From: Chlorokybus atmophyticus
Taxonomy: Eukaryota; Plantae; Mesostigma and Chlorokybus algae
Length of the DNA: 64,000 bases
Assembly: GCA_009103225.1 (NCBI GenBank)
Contig: RHPI01002533.1
Location: 214,841-278,840, forward strand
Direction of reading: 5' to 3'
Position numbers and translations under genes: made by a program. Positions 20,531 to 38,296 of this stretch are shown here, piece after piece. Within the stretch, counting starts at the first letter, position 1, and each line of letters begins with the position of its first letter. The notes below the pieces were generated by a model. The model was not told the DNA's origin and made no database searches. It worked only from the letters and a program-made list of their open reading frames with translations.

Positions 20531-23500
20531 AGAAGGGGGGGGAGGGGGGGAGGAGGGTTTTTCTGGAAGGGCCTTAATCAGGTCGAGTTTCAAGTTCATC
20601 ACTGGGGTCAACTTTTTCTCCTGTGCTCTGCAACATTTGCTTTAAGGGCAGGTGCAGTCAGGGAGTCCACTCTTCGTGCCTTGGACGCAGTCCCTTGATT
20701 GGCCAACACTCGGAGCTCCATTATCGTCCATCACCTTGAGGTGAAGCACCCATTCGCACTGATTGCTCTCAAGAGTTACAAAATGAGAGACAAGTGCCCA
20801 GTTCTTGCACGCAATAGAGTTACAAGTGAGCAACGCATGTGTGGTTGTTGATGGGCGTTCGTAGACTGTACAGCTGAAAGGCATGTGTTGACTGCCAGTG
20901 CGTAGGACAAGAGGTCTTAACATCGTGGAAGTGCCACGATCTCTCCTAGAAAGCCCTGTCAAGGACACTCAATTGTGCAGATACCGGTTTTGCGCACCTG
21001 GGTGTTTCAATGCTGCGGCTATTGTGCGCAGCAACACATATGACGCTGTACGGGCTGTCAGCAACAGGCGCTTTCCCCTTCTTGCGGTGCTGAGAGCCTA
21101 CACTCACTGGTCATTTGGCCGTCAGATATCTAGCGAGTGTCGGCCGCGACAATATTGAACGTTGTCGCAACAGGCTTTTGACCAAAATATGTCTGCTTGA
21201 CGCCTCTACACGCCGTGCACAGCCCCATGCCCAGTACCGACTGTTGCCATTGGGGCGTCGCGATACAATATGCTGGTGTGCTTAACTCAGACGCCACAGC
21301 ATGCACTTCCTTTGGCGTTCCGGAGGAGGCTCAGCTTTCTGACATGGTGCGTAGGGCAACTGACTTGGCTTTGATGCTGGGGAATGCTGCTGGTATCACT
21401 GCTTCCATTGCCACTGCTAGTACCGCGGCGCGTGCTGGCTTACTGACTGGCAGATACAAGCTTTCGCGGGTATCGGCATGCGACTTGCTTTGATACCGCA
21501 CTGGCACATACTACATGCCATGGTCGTAGATTTGCGGCAATGTATCAGCGTGCATGCCAGTCACATGGAACACCACAACGCCAAGCGTGAACAGTTCATG
21601 CCGACCAATGAGCATGAAGCTGCCATGCTGCCAACCGCTGGCCGCGCAAGTTAGGCTGCAGCTGGCAAGTCAGCATCTGCGCCATCACCATTGGGCACTG
21701 TCTTAGAGTATCCAATTTGGCGTATCAGCTGGGGAATGTTGAATCGCGTTCATGTTCACGTAGTTCTTTTGTGCCGCGTGTGCGACACGAGGGCCATACT
21801 CAGTTCAAAATCAGTGTCACACCTACACATTCCAGGTATTGGCCTGAACACCTAATGTTCTCGACAAGCAAAGCATGCCGTGAGGCTGATGAGGTTGCAC
21901 TCATAAAAGAAATGTTTGTGTGTCGTACATAAAACGGAGGTGCTGACACTGGTCTTTGGTGCTTGCTGGGGTTCTGCCAGCTCAGACAGCTCAGACACCC
22001 AGCAGGCACCAAGGTGGTAGTGTGTATGCGCGGGTCATGAGTGTAAGCAAGAACGTGCGTGCCTGTGTGCGTGTGTGCGTGCTTAGATTCGTGTGCTTGC
22101 AGTCACACACTGATATGGTTGAGTGCAAAGCGTCAATTGCGCTGAGGTAATGGAGGGTCTGGCTGGTTCTCAGAGGGCTTGGCAGTTCAAGAAGCGCTTT
22201 CAGCTCAACTGAAAGTTGGTCATTAATCACGGTTTGAAACCTTGAAGGCCTTGAAGCAAGCCTTGCTTCAAGGCTACTGAGTAGCTGTTGACAGCGAGGG
22301 TTAGCTATTTCTGCTTGGCATATACACCTAAAATGTTATGTAACATATGCAAAGCTTGAGCATGTGCAACAGCCCTTGAGCACTCTAAAGGCCTTAGCTC
22401 AATGCGGCCCTGAGGTCGGTTGAGACCCTGCAAGGCAGCTCCCCCCCCGCGCGCCTCTTTGCCTTTCAGTTCCACAAACTCCGCTCTGCCTCACACAACC
22501 TTGCACTCTCATGTCATCACAAACAAAGCGCTGTGAAATGCTGCTGACTTAGTTGTGTTGGACAATGGCAAAGCTGGGTTCTACTGGAGAGAGAGTCTAC
22601 TACACAGAGGCAGACGCTGTGCTGGCGACCAAGTGTCATGGCCGATTGTGCATCGCGTGGCTAAGCCGTTGAACAGGACAGATGCATCAAAGCGTCGTGT
22701 CGGTTCTGCTCTGCTAGCAGCGGCGGCGGTGCTAGAGAGAGAGCGGGCAACGCGGGTGTGCGGGGCGAGGCGGGGGTAGCGGGGAGGGGGGGGGGGGGGG
22801 GNNNNNNNNNNNNNNNNNNNNNNNNNNNNNNNNNNNNNNNNNNNNNNNNNNNNNNNNNNNNNNNNNNNNNNNNNNNNNNNNNNNNNNNNNNNNNNNNNNN
22901 NNNNNNNNNNNNNNNNNNNNNNNNNNNNNNNNNNNNNNNNNNNNNNNNNNNNNNNNNNNNNNNNNNNNNNNNNNNNNNNNNNNNNNNNNNNNNNNGGGGG
23001 GGGGAGAGCATGCATGGCACGGCACACGCACTACACACCCCAAACACCACGCCAACCCTCTGCTCTGCTATAGGTGACACCCGTTGATGCCCTCTACGCA
23101 CTTGCATTCACGGAGAGTAGACTAGCGCCCCTATAGGCTAGAGGTGGTGGTGAGGGTGGCGTGTGACTCAAGTTGGGTGCTGTGGGTGTTATGTTTGTGC
23201 GCTTGGCATAGAGTATTTGATCATGGATTCCCATACCCTGTGCAACGGCAAACAGTGCACGGCGAGGACGTTGAGGTTGGCCGGGTGACATTGGCAATTC
23301 ATTGTGTTGCGAGCGACTGGCGATTGGGTGGTACTGTTGGCATAAGCAAGTGTATAAAGATGCAAGGGGAACTCGCACATTATGTGCCTGAGACTCAGCG
23401 AGCAGCGGCCTGCCCATATGTCACTCACCCAGCATTGCGGCAAACTTAGCAACAGGCGAGGATGAACAGCAGTAGGCAGATCAGTGGATGAGCATCACAA

Positions 23501-23906
23501 CACAACTCTACTGCAGCAGCCAGACTGGCATCATGTCATGAGTCGTGCATGTGCGAGTTAAGGGGAGTGACCGAAATTAGCTGAACCAGCATGCAGTTGC
23601 CCAATGACTGCAGCTGTGCATCTCTCTCGTTACTAGTACAGCAACATCGTCACACATAGCTACGTACTGTCATCCATGCCTATTACATCGTGTGCATACA
23701 TGGAACAAGGTGAGCAAGTTGTGCGCTTGTGCACGTCTGAGCACTTGCGATGTGGCCTCTTAGCAGTTAGCACCCAGCACACGAAACTTGCATGCATGAC
23801 AGGCAGATGGAGGTAATGGTGGACACGCATGAAGCGGCGCAGTTATACTAATGCAGCCAATTTTCACGCAGGCACTTGCACAAACACATATACAGAGCCA
23901 CGCTAT

Positions 23907-26900
23907 CTACTTGAATGTTGCCCAACTACCATCAACTCCATTCCCGAACGGATCAGTCATTGAGCGCCGATGCCGACCAGCAGAAGTGGGCGTGCCGCGA
24001 TTGCTGCTGGGCGAGCCTTGATAAGGACTTTGAGACTCGAGCAGCGAGCGCGTATGCTCGTGGTGAACTGCGGGCGTTGTCTCAGGCAATGTTGGCAGCG
24101 TTTTCTTGGGCGAATCCCCAAATGTCGCCCAGCCATCAGGTCCTCGCGGGGGCGTGTTTGGGTTGGACAGGCTGTATGGCTGATCGGGCGCCTTTATGGC
24201 CAGCGCATCGTTGTCCAGCAAGTCTCCTCGTGAGCGCGTGAGTGGAGTGTGTGGTGACCCGCGCGGCGAAAAGGAGGCAACATCATTGAGGCTTCCGCGG
24301 GAAGAAGTGCGCGCGTGGGCCATGTCAGACCCGCAGCTTGGGCTTCGCATTGATATCATCGCTGGAGGAGAGCCGACCGCGCTAGCGCCAGCTGGCCAGC
24401 TGCTGCCATTGCCAGTGCCGTCGTCGAGCGACCCAGAGCTCGCAGCCTGATGCAGCTGACTCGTGACAACCGTATTGTTGGTAATAGTGAGGTTGTGTAT
24501 CTGCCTGGCTTGCTCGTTGACCACTTCCGTCAGAGACTTCAGACGTTGCGCGAGCTCGTTCCGCTCCTGCGTCACCTGCTGCAGCTGAGCCCTGAGCTGC
24601 TCCAACTCGGGGAGCGGTTCTTTTGAAGGCGGGATCTCCGCGCTCGTACTGCGCAACACTCTCGGCGAGTGCGCGGAAGCCGTTACAGCCTGTTGATGAG
24701 CACCAGCAGCTCCTGGTGCTGTCGGCACAAACAGCGAGCTCAACTCGGCCATACCGGTCGGCACCGCCGCTGTAGCAGCAGCAGCAGCAGCGCCGGGTGC
24801 CGGCTGCGTCCGCAGCGCCGCGGCAGCGCCTTGAGCATCAAACAACCCGAACTTGGCTGCGCCGTGCCCTGATTGTGGGGTGCGGGTGGGATCGCTGCCG
24901 CTTCTTGCTTTCTCTGCAGCAGCCGCTGCGGCCGCCAGGGCGCTGTTGTACACGGCTGCCGAAGCTGGCTTGCCCTGGGCCGCCACGGCTGCTGGGGCCA
25001 TCCTGGCCTGCACGGGTGAAGCCGTCGGTGTTTGAGCGGGAGTTGCGCGCGGAGGAGGAGATGTTGCTGTCTGTAGTGTTGAAGGCGCGATTGCAGCGGG
25101 AGGCTGAACAGTAGGCAGAGCTGCTGAAGGTTGCGCAGCGGAAACTCCTGTCAACGCTGCCACCCGATGGGACACCTGTGTGCAAGAGGGTGTGGTTGGT
25201 ATTCAGAGTGTGTTGATGCGCACAAACCACCACAGTGTGAGCGGCAAAGGGGTTAGCAAACACCAGGAGCCCATATGGTAAACATATGGTTACCGCAAAG
25301 ATGTCAGGACGGTGCGTGGAATTTAGTGTCAGCATGCTTTTGAGAAGGTCCATCATCCCCTGTGAGTACGCAGGGCTCAGGGGTATGCGATAATTGCCGT
25401 TGAGCACTTGCAGCTTGGATTCGCCGTCAAAGGCGGATGTCAGGTACATTAATCTGTACAGCAGGCAACCGAGCGCCTGCAAACAACAACCCATCAGCTG
25501 TGAACATCATATCACAAATACGTTCGCCATGAAAGTCAATTGCGCTGCATGATCCAACCACATGCCTTGTGAAAAACGAGACAGCAAGGAGAAGCTTACC
25601 CAGATATCTACTTTTTCTGTGACTGGCTCGCGCCTGTACAAATCCCACATCTGGAGGAAGACAACAAGTTAATCGACAAGCAGGCCAGGACACACAACGC
25701 CAGCCAAGAACACCTCAGGTACACACCTCAGGTGCGCGATAGGCTGGTGTGGTGTTCTTGCGTATGGCATCCTCCGCAGCTGCAATCTCAGCAGGAGAGT
25801 CATATCGCCCCGAGCGTGTGGTGCTACTGCCAAAATCGCACAGCTTCCAGGTCCCCTCCTGTAGCAACACGTTCTCCACCTTCAAGTCCCTGAACACAAA
25901 ATGTGGCTTTGACACACGGGTTAACACAGCGCGCTAGCTGATTAATATGTGTTGTTGAACTCGCATGTCATTTGCCCATGCATCTTTCACTGCAGCAAGG
26001 CAGGCAACCAGTGCAAGGCCAATGCAACTTGCTGACCTGTGTGCGATTGGGGGTGACTGGCGATGCATGTGCTCCACTGCCGCGCACACGGACTTGAAGA
26101 TGGCCAAAATCTGCAAGCAGAGCATGTCGCGTCAGCATCCTGCCATGATGTTGGCGCCACGTAAACATTCAGGACTCACGCCTCTGCAACCTGCTTACGT
26201 AAGAAAGCTAACGCGCTAATGGAAGCACCTGCGGCTCAGTGAAGCGCGTGCCCTTGTTAGCGATGTCAACAAGGCTTTTGGGGCAGTACTCCATCAACAA
26301 GTATAGCTCCTGCTTCTGGTCAGGAGCCTGCAGATACTGCTTCGCGTACAGAGTGATGATGTTTGGATGCCCCTGCACACCAAGAATACTATATTACCAA
26401 GTGAAAGGTCTTCACTATGCAGGAGTGTTGACATGGAGACAACTGCATGCTACTTTTGCCAAGTGGTATCAAGAACCTGTGAGAACACGCGTGTGACCAG
26501 CTTGTCTGTGTGCTGCTATACTTCAGCTGTTGCAACTGCCTACCTGAAGCTGCTCCAGGACTTTGACCTCCTGCAAAGCCTGCGCCATTGCGTCATCGTC
26601 ATAGTTTTTATCTACCACCACATACTTGAGTGCGTACGTCCGCCCAGCCAAGTCCTTCGCCATGTACACAAAAGAAAAGCCCCCTTGCGCAATGACATCG
26701 CGAACCTGCAGTTCCACTACCCATGCATGAGCAACATGACAATGCACGTGCAGCATGCCTTCAAGGACGCAGGCATGTATACGGAGACATCAAACAACAG
26801 TGTATTCAACAGCTTGCCAACTGTACGCCGCTGTTGCGTACGTTTGACAAACCTGCAACTTGTCTACGCGTAAGTTGTTGTGCGACCTCCAATTTACCTG

Positions 26901-27603
26901 ACCTATCTGAAACTAATAGACTCCGACCGTTTAATATCACTAACACAGCTGCCAGTGTTCACTCTTATGAACGCAAACATTACAACACATGGCCTTCAAC
27001 CAGCACCAAGGTAGTGCATTGATGGCAACCATTACGCATCTAGTGTTCCAATCAACGACAATCGGCTGTGAGCACTTGACAAGTGCAATGACATTGCAGT
27101 AGTAGTACAGGTTGGCTGCATTGTTAATTATAAGTACGCGATGACACTGGTTGTCACACAAGGTCAAATGACATCAGAACGTGTTGTAGGCATGTGTGCA
27201 GGTTGTTGATTACAGCCACCGCGAGCACTAGGTTGGCAGGAAACTGGCAGACACTACATCAGCAGTGAAACAGGACACTAACGACCAACGATATTCAAGT
27301 GCAAAAATAAGCGCGCCGGGTCTGGCGCGCGCAATTGTGCATGCAAGCAAGCTGTAGCCTGAATTACGGTGGATGAAGAGCAATGCAGAAGTGGACTGGA
27401 AACTAAACGACTTGCAGTAAGTATTCCGCAGAGCACAGAACCAGCCGCGGAAGTACAAGCAGCACAATTGAGGAAGCACACACGTTGCAATGCCTGACCT
27501 GCACCCTGTAGCTCCCAACATCCACAGTCTTGCCGACCAAGCTGAACCCAGACGACGCGGTGTCGCCCACGAGACCCTGCTTCAGCTTCTTGAGCCGCCA
27601 CAT
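23907..27603 (-). CDS. NAK-family (AAK1/BMP2K/Ark1-Prk1-like) Ser/Thr protein kinase with low-complexity C-terminal tail
   Basis: Spliced motifs: IAQGGFSFVY, YALK, GHPNII, LLMEYC, PPIAHR|DLKVENVLL, LCDFGS, TTPAYRAPE, EKVDIW|ALGCLLY. The last exon is A/P-rich with a coiled coil and ends …FGNGVDGSWATFK*. Confidence 0.92.
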
Positions 27604-28826
27604 GGCGGCGCCGACGGAGCCGTCCTCACACACACGCTGGCACTGAACGACGAGTGTGCCTCCACAAGCGCAAGTGCACTCGCTACCAATCTAGTGCTGA
27701 CTGAGCAACAATGGCTAAGGTCAACAAGCAGACGGCGGAAGCAGAGGCACCAGCCGGCAGGTCGGTGAGTTGCTCTCCCCTCCTGCCCTGCCGCCGCCGC
27801 CGCCCTGCGCTGGACAGCTGTCAAGCTACGCACCAGATGGCGCCAACTGTGTTCTTGTGCGTCTGCTTGCTGACTTTTTGTTTGCCACATCGGCGTTTCG
27901 CTGTAACTTGATGGCAAACGGCGGATGGCGAGCAAGTCAGCGACACTTTCCGCCGGTTATGCGTTTGGTCCATCAATTGCCGCGAAACGCTGACGTGCGG
28001 TAACTCCACATCAGATCAGTCTTGACTGCAGACTGATCTGATGTGGAGTTACAGAGACTTGACCCACAACGCTTGAAGATGCAATCCTCATCAATCTGGT
28101 TATGTTGGTTCCAAGCGAAAACGACCCCCCTCCACAATTTGAATTTAAAGTGAGACAACAGTTCAATACATTGCGTCCATTGGCAGGGAGTTGTGATAAA
28201 GGTGAGTTTGCCAACGCGAGCGTAGTTTAGCGATTGCGGTCACGTCGAGGGTCAGGCTAAGCGATGCAAATAACGTGGCAAAGCAGTCATTACATGATGA
28301 TAATGCGTTACATGCACTATCAGAACATGTTGATGACAGATTTGATTCACACCAACTACTATGTGAGACGATCCGTAATGATAGGCCTAGAGCAAAACCA
28401 CTTCTCTAAGTTCAAAGTTAAACTGCAGTTGAAATTGCTGTAGCATACTATATGATGGGCATGTTGATGCTCAAACCACGACTTGTTCAATGGTGCTTCT
28501 TTTGTGAAGTGAGTTGTGGTTGCACATGCATGTACACAAAGGATATTAAGCCTCGTATGCTGGCAAGGAGTGTCAATCACAATTATGCACATGGTGGCAT
28601 TCACAACCCACCCATACATGATATGCTATATAATTCCCCACCAGGCAATACCACCTACACTACTACTCGCCTTCCCTGTTAGTCACGATATGCCATAAAC
28701 CTTACCATCATATACGCTTTCATGCACACGATGTTGTGTGAGAAACTCAGCACCAAGAGCAACTCCAACACGAAAGCAAAGCAACTGTGACCGCTTGGCC
28801 TACGCATGCTACAAATGCGTGGACTT

Positions 28827-30728
28827 TTAAAGACTCGCCATCTGCAACTGCTGTATGTGACGATCAACAATGGCGGGATGTCCGTACACCTGAATCTTGC
28901 CATTTTCCATGTAGGCCGCGCCGTCAGCCCACTTGAGCTCCTCCAAGCGATGGGTGATCCACAGCGCTGTCACATGCTTGCGAGTGACCAAACTCTTCAC
29001 TGAGTCCAGAACAGTAGCCTGCAAGAAGAGAACTCCTACGGTGTCTGTGTGTGTCCAAAGACGAAACTGTGCGAGAAGAAACACACCTGGTCTGCGTCAT
29101 CAAGGTAGGTGGTGAGCTCATCCAGCAGCAGTATATCCGGCCTCTCTGCCAACGCACCAGCAATGGCCACCCGCTGTTTCTGGCCTCCACTCAATGTTGA
29201 TATTGGCCTCTGCAAATACATGGCCAGTTAGTCGAGCACGGCAATGTAGACACGCACTGCTCCGAATGCAGTGTATGTATATAATGCTTTTAACGCACTT
29301 GTGCGTACTCGCTCATGCCAACAGCAGCAAGTGCTTCTTCAACACGGTTCGCAATTTCTGCATCAGGGTACTGGTGAGCACCCAAGCCAAACGCCACATC
29401 CACCGCGGCCGTCGGCATAACCACCTGTCAAAGCGGAAAGTTACCCATACACCCCAAGGCATAGCACAAGCGGCTATGTTCAGATACTCATCAGTACTGC
29501 AAGGAGCTTGCATGCAAGAGCAGCAGATAGTCCATTGCAATGCTTGCCTGGTGGTCTGGGTTCTGAAACACAAAGCTGTAGGATCCGCTCAGCGATATCC
29601 TGCCTGCGTCCGGTTTGATGAGGCTTGCAAGCGTCTGCAGCAGAAGTACACTGAGCACCGATAACCAATTTCGCACGCAATGGCAACGGGATGGTGATCT
29701 GACCTTGAGAAGTGTTGACTTGCCGCACCCGTTGGGTCCGAGCAGCATCCAGAAGCATCCCTTTGGCACTTGCAGAGAGCAATCCTGTTGGTGTGAGCAG
29801 TGGAAATTTAGCGAGCTGGAACATTTGGCAGCGATGACTGTGACCAGCTCATTGAAACTCTGAACTACGCTGGTCACTACAACAACAACGTGTGCACCAG
29901 TTTCATCAAGCTGTGCCATTCAGATGTTACGCATCGCGCTGTCTTGTGGCTCTCGCCGCTGAGCAATCTACAAGCTGACGAGGAAAGCCCCAATCCAATC
30001 ACTGTTTGCATCAAGAAGAAAGGCTGGGTTGAAGTCTATAGTATAGACTCTATACGAAGTAGTCATGAACGCGCGTCCTCACAGTGTGCTAGATTACTTG
30101 TTGCTGATGTTTTTGTTTTTTTTTTTCTTTTTTCAGCCTAGGCAACTGCTGGCATGGCTGGCAGCAGAACTGCATTGTCTATGTGTTACTGCATAGTTCG
30201 CAATGCCGGCTATTCAACCTGGATTCTCTCCATGCTTAAAAGGAGTGAGTGGCTCTCACCCACTCGAACAATTGCTACAACCCTCACCACCAAGCACAGC
30301 AACAGCAGCTGGCCCGCTCAGTCAGATTGTCTCGTTGAGATTCATGCTGCAAACACAACCAGCCATCCGTGCGGGCGGTCTCTTTCCCAGCAACCCCTCG
30401 CACGCACCTGGATGATGGTGCGCCTGCCATGGCCCTTGCCCACCGACACAGTCAAATCCTCTACAGCGATGGCGCTGCCACTACCGCTGCCGCTGATGTG
30501 CTGCTGCTGCTGGCAGGAAGCGCTGGCCCACCCACTTCGCCTGCACCGCCTCAATGGCCTGCTGCTGAGACTAAGTTCAGCGTGCGTCCTGCCACTCCTA
30601 CTGCTCTTGTGTGGTATGGCCTGGCCAAGTGCCGACTGCGGCAGCGAGGCAGCGCCAAACGAAGACGACGAGCAGCCCGCCCACGTGGCCGCCGCCGCAA
30701 CGCCACCGCCGCCGCCGACAGCCCGCAT
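28827..30728 (-). CDS. ABCI10: ABC transporter I family ATPase (EcfA-like, ABCI10/NAP13-like) with predicted plastid transit peptide
   Basis: Walker [11 protein letters not shown]-loop [15 protein letters not shown], signature [15 protein letters not shown], Walker B LLLDE, H-loop WITH. Ser/Arg/Ala-rich N-terminus; no TM domain. Confidence 0.88.
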
Positions 30729-31496
30729 GGGTCGACTTCGTGCACACCTGAGCGGCCTGCCTGCTCGGCTAAGCCTAAGCTTTCAAGCCATTGAGCTCAA
30801 AGGCTGTTGCATGCACCCGTGCAGCCTTCAGTGCATGGGCTACCGAGATCAGGGTCGGTAATTCTGGAGTGCACACACCACAAACAAGATGGTTGCATGC
30901 CTGTGTGCGAGTTCATCGTGTGGAGCGGACTTGAAGAGCTACAATAAGCAGCGTCGCTGCTTGTGATGGTGTGTAGCAGTGCTTGGCTGAGAGGTCAGCC
31001 CATCCAGCTGCGCGCGCGGCTGAAGGGAAGACACTGTGCAGGCATGCAGCTTCACTCTTCTTTAGAAGCCAGCCAGATACTAAGCAGCGAAGCACCCATG
31101 TTCATGTCACCAGCGCCACAACCAATCACACCCACCCACCCACGCGCGCGCAAGTCCATGCGCATAACCAGCGCACATACACATGCGCATGCAAACACAC
31201 GCGCCAGAGCAGCCCACAAGTGTCTTCAGGCCAAAAGGGCCAATGCATGTTGTGCTTGTGGTTGGACCCGATTGCGCTTGCGCAAGCAACCAACAGCTGC
31301 TGTGCACAGTTGACAGTGTCACATGGACCTCACCACGTTTATAAACAAGGCATAGCATGGCTGTCCAACAACGCAGCTACCACTAGCAGTGGAAGCCAAC
31401 AAGTGTTGTACAGTTTGGGAAGGTTGCATCAACAAGCCGTGACGACATGGGCGGGAGTGCAAAATGGATACTGGTTGCACGTGCAACTGGAAGTTC

Positions 31497-34264
<2,768 letters not shown>

Positions 34265-35635
34265 CTTGAAAGTGGAGAGCACTGTGCGATCCCTAAACCC
34301 TAATGCAGCAAAACAAGGCGCAGCAGTGCGCAGAGCTGAAGCAGAAGCAAGCACCGAGAGAGGCTATACACGAGCAAACGCAGGCGGCGGCGAGGCTGCA
34401 CCCCTGTGCGCACTGCTGTACTGTTGAAGTGTTGAAGCCTGGCGCAACAGTATTTTAACGCTGCAGCACAGAGCTGCGCCCCGGTGGATATCGAGAGGAA
34501 TGGCGGGGGGGATATCCGCCGCGCCAGCCCGGAAACCGTTACCGCGGTGGGTAGTTTGTGCCGCGGCACCAAAGCCGTTTGTTGCCGTTTTCCAACGTCA
34601 CGTGATGTGTCGTGGCCGAAGAGAGATCTAACAGGTTATCTTCCCGGAGTGCGGAAGGTTTCTTGCAGCTCCGAGTGGTGGAGTATCGAACCAAGACTCT
34701 CCACACAGTTTCTTGAATAGAGAGCACATATGAACATCCATACCGTATTCGTGTGAATACAAAACCACCTCATAAACAAAGTGCCTTCCTGCTTGCGTTT
34801 TATTTGTCAAGTAATTTGTTCAACATGAATTGAAATTACGTAGCATGCTACTCGCATATGTATAACAATGCGGGGCGTGCTTGCTCATGCATGTATCATA
34901 GCAGTTATGTACTCATTAACAATAGAAAATTGCAGACAACTTTCATAAGCAACACCGACCGACTGACACTAGCTAAACATACATGCCAATGTTTGAGCTC
35001 CCCTCCCCACCCTTTGTGACACGAGCACGTATGAACAGGTGATGAGGATTGCATGCATGTCCCACGGGGTGGTGTTCATAGTATATAGATAGAGTAGGTG
35101 AGTCCGGTGGTGAGCATAATAATGGTTGTTGTTGTTGCCCACATCCTGCGTACTGATTGTGCTTCTCGCATGTCTATGCATGAGACATGGCGCGCCGCAT
35201 TGTATGCACATGGTATGTTGGACACTGCACCGCTACATCTGTTGACTACCGTTGTTGCCCCTGCCCGGGTCGCGTTGTACAGGTAATTACACGTGCATGC
35301 ACGTGTACAGGATATATAAAGTGCTATTGTGTTGCACGGTGTATGGGCAGTAGTAAAGGTGATTAAATAGTGAGCTTGGACATCCCGGTGGTGAATATAA
35401 GAGTGCAACGGTGTAGTGTACATAAGAGGTATGGTACGGTGTGCGGACTGCATGCATGTTGGCTACATTGTCATGCATGCCACAATCCTTGCATACTATA
35501 CTATACTACTTGTGCGGATATACAACTCATAATGGAACTTCATGTGAGTATATACCAAACGCTGCTACGTGAACATCAAGCGCCAACATCACAAGTTGGT
35601 GCAAAGGCAAAGCGCAAGCAGCGCGGCGCAGAGCA

Positions 35636-37610
35636 TTATTGTGCTGCAAGTTTGCAGATGTCCTCATACTCAATAGCGGTTATCACTCGCCCGTCATAAG
35701 CACCCTTGACAATCTGCACTCGCGCCGTAAACTTCTCCATATCAACACCAAGAAGCTTGGCTTGCGAGCCCCGATATGCGCCATTCACAATGCGAACGAG
35801 CCCGCCTATCTGTGGCAGCACTGTTTCGAGCTCGGCCTGGTCAACCTTCAGAACATGCCCACTGTCCAGCATCTTGACCTGAAACAAGGAGTAAGCGTAA
35901 GTCACACCCTATGAAAAGTCCTCTAAGCATGAAGGTGCGTTCTTAGGATGTTCACCTGTGCAACATATCTGTCTATCACCTTCTCCACCACCCCTTTCTG
36001 CTTGTAATAATCCTTCAGCGCTTTGCTCAAAACTTTAACTATGATGCCCTCTGTCAGCCAGAAGTCTCTTCGCAGCTTCTTTTCCTTGACAGACTCCTGT
36101 TCTTTCATCAACGCCTCAAGAGTGCTGAGGCCATCTCGCTTGCCGATCGAAGCAGGTTCTCGATCCTTTTCCCTCTTCAAACTGCTTTCTTCGTCCTTGG
36201 CAAAAATTGGGACTGGCTGCGCCGGCATAGAGCTCCCCGTTGTGTCTTTTCGGAAGACCGCTACAGGTGGCTTCATTGCAATCGCCACTTTCGCCGCCTC
36301 ACCATCTTCACGGCGCAGTTCTGTATACGCTGGCTGGTAGACATAGCGAGGAGGACAATGGTTGATGTTTGCCAAAATGTCCCCACCCCAACAAAGCACA
36401 CGTGAATGCCATGTAGTGTGTTTTTGCAACAACCGAGCACATACCTGCGCCTCCTCCTGCTTCATCGATTGTGCAGCACGCTCAGCTTGCTCCAGAACTG
36501 CCCGTGCCTGCCTCTCCTCATCTACAAGCTCGGCCTTCTGCCTCTTTGCCTTGGCCGCTTCCTGAGCAGTGATATTGATATTTACACAACAGGCACGCTG
36601 AACTGAGCGCAGGCTTGTCTGCCTTACTAAACAAGTGCTCAGCTGTACCGAGTGAGCTGCACTCGGTACAGCACCTCACCTTGATAGCCTCCTCAGAGTC
36701 TCGGTCGATGTACGTGACAAACCATCCTTTTGGGGTCTCGTCCACAACGCATTTTCCTTCGCGACCGAGGTACTTGACGAACTCTGTCAGCGTGGTCCAT
36801 TTTGTAGCGTTCATGTGAATGTGGTGCTTATCAGCAATATACTCATTCCAAACAACTGTCGCCATCACGCGTGACTTGTAGTGCGTGCGCTTGAGATGTT
36901 CCATGAAAGTGCTTTCAAACTCTTCGCTGTACCCCTCAATAAACCGCTTGGGAGCAGATCCAAACACCTGTGCCAAACAACTAATTAGCAAGCTGTGCAC
37001 GTTGCAGCAGCTCAGTTGACAACAGTCAAGGAGTTGAGTCGACCACATACTGACTCGTAATAACACACACATTGCTGACCCGGTGAACGCATTGCTCATG
37101 TGGTTGGTCGAAGCACAATTGAATGCCAACAACCACATGCTCCAAACTAGCAACTTCATACCGGCATATTTACCAACTGGCAATCAGCAATTGCTTTCTA
37201 ACATGAATGGATAATTTAATGCTGTGCACTCGACACACTTGATTGTGTTGAGTTCCTGGGTATGTTGCTGGGTCTGACATGCATACAAGATATTTGAACT
37301 GATTCAAGTTAATTGTTGTGACATTGCTGGAAAACATGATGCCGAGGTAATGTAAGTACTGCACTGTGCTCCAGCTGCCACAGCATGTTTATTGTGTATG
37401 CACTGCGGACCCAGATGTAACGATGTGATCAACCGCACAGCCTACCTGCATCATGCGCTGGTGCCCTTCGGACGTGCAGTGGCACTTGAAGCCGTTCTCG
37501 TCCCGGCACTGTTTCTGGCACATCTGGCAGTACCATTTGAGCTTCTGCAGGCCCTTTGACTTGATGCGATTGGCAATAGCCTTCGGTGTCAAGAAGTCGT
37601 TCTTGCCCAT
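35636..37610 (-). CDS. KIN17: DNA/RNA-binding protein KIN17
   Basis: MGKNDFLTPKAIANRIKSKGLQKLKWYCQMCQKQCRDENGFKCH zinc finger, HIHMNATKWTTLTEFVKYLGR winged-helix region, C-terminal KOW region …IEYEDICKL. Confidence 0.97.
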
Positions 37611-38296
37611 CCTTACTCACTCTAACCCTAGCCCTACCTCACGTCACTGCCCTACAGGCCACACGCAGTGTGCACGCCTCTGCTCACACCAGCATGCAAA
37701 ACTCTCTGAAAATCAGCCAGAACTTGCTCACTCAAACGGCAGCAAACTTGCAAGTCACAGCGAAGGCAACCAAGTTTGAGCAGCAGTGAACATGCTGATG
37801 TCCCACTGTGCCGCTCGAAGCCAGACCTCTATGCTGCTGCCTCCGGCGGCCTCATCCCACGGCAAGCTACGGATCGCTCTTCGGTAATCAACAGCAGCTA
37901 AGGGCTTAGGCGATAGCAGCACGCACAGTTTATACCTACTATCTCCCCCGCTGACGCATCTGATGACGATCACGACCACCACCACCGCCACCGTCGCCGC
38001 GGCTCTCCCCAGGCCCAACACACGAAGCTATCTGAAAAGCCTGCTGCGGAACATGCGCGATGTCTGCTTCACGGAAGACATTTCGCTACTAGAGTTGATT
38101 TGTTTAGGTGGTGACTTCGCTGCGGCTGCAGCTGTGTGGCGGAGGCGGCGGCGGTGGCGGCGGTGGCGGAGGGTTGAGGTGGAAGCTGCGGGCGCAGGGT
38201 CAGCAGGCATGCTAAGTGGCATGCGTCCGTGAGGCTACGGTTAGGGTTAGCCCTATGGGTGACCTGGGCTGAAGTACGCCGCTGTCTTCCCCAAGC

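Noticed and set aside
19600-22450. Scattered exon-like segments on the - strand (e.g. INDQLSVELKALLELPSPLR; EKKLTPVMNLKLDLIKALPEK)
   Set aside because: Could not be assembled into a consistent model because of an N-gap and frameshifts; no family motif.
19997-23107. Long ORFs containing X runs (also 33085-33435)
   Set aside because: Artefacts of translating through N gaps and poly-G/C flanks.
34830-35560. AT-richer, catg/tata-rich intergenic tract
   Set aside because: No termini, TSD or coding motif; may be old TE debris.
37790-38232. Possible small gene between KIN17 and THADA (SDDDHDHHHRHRRRG…CLLHGRHFATRVDLFRW*)
   Set aside because: No in-frame start and only partial C2H2 resemblance; may be UTR or promoter microsatellite sequence.
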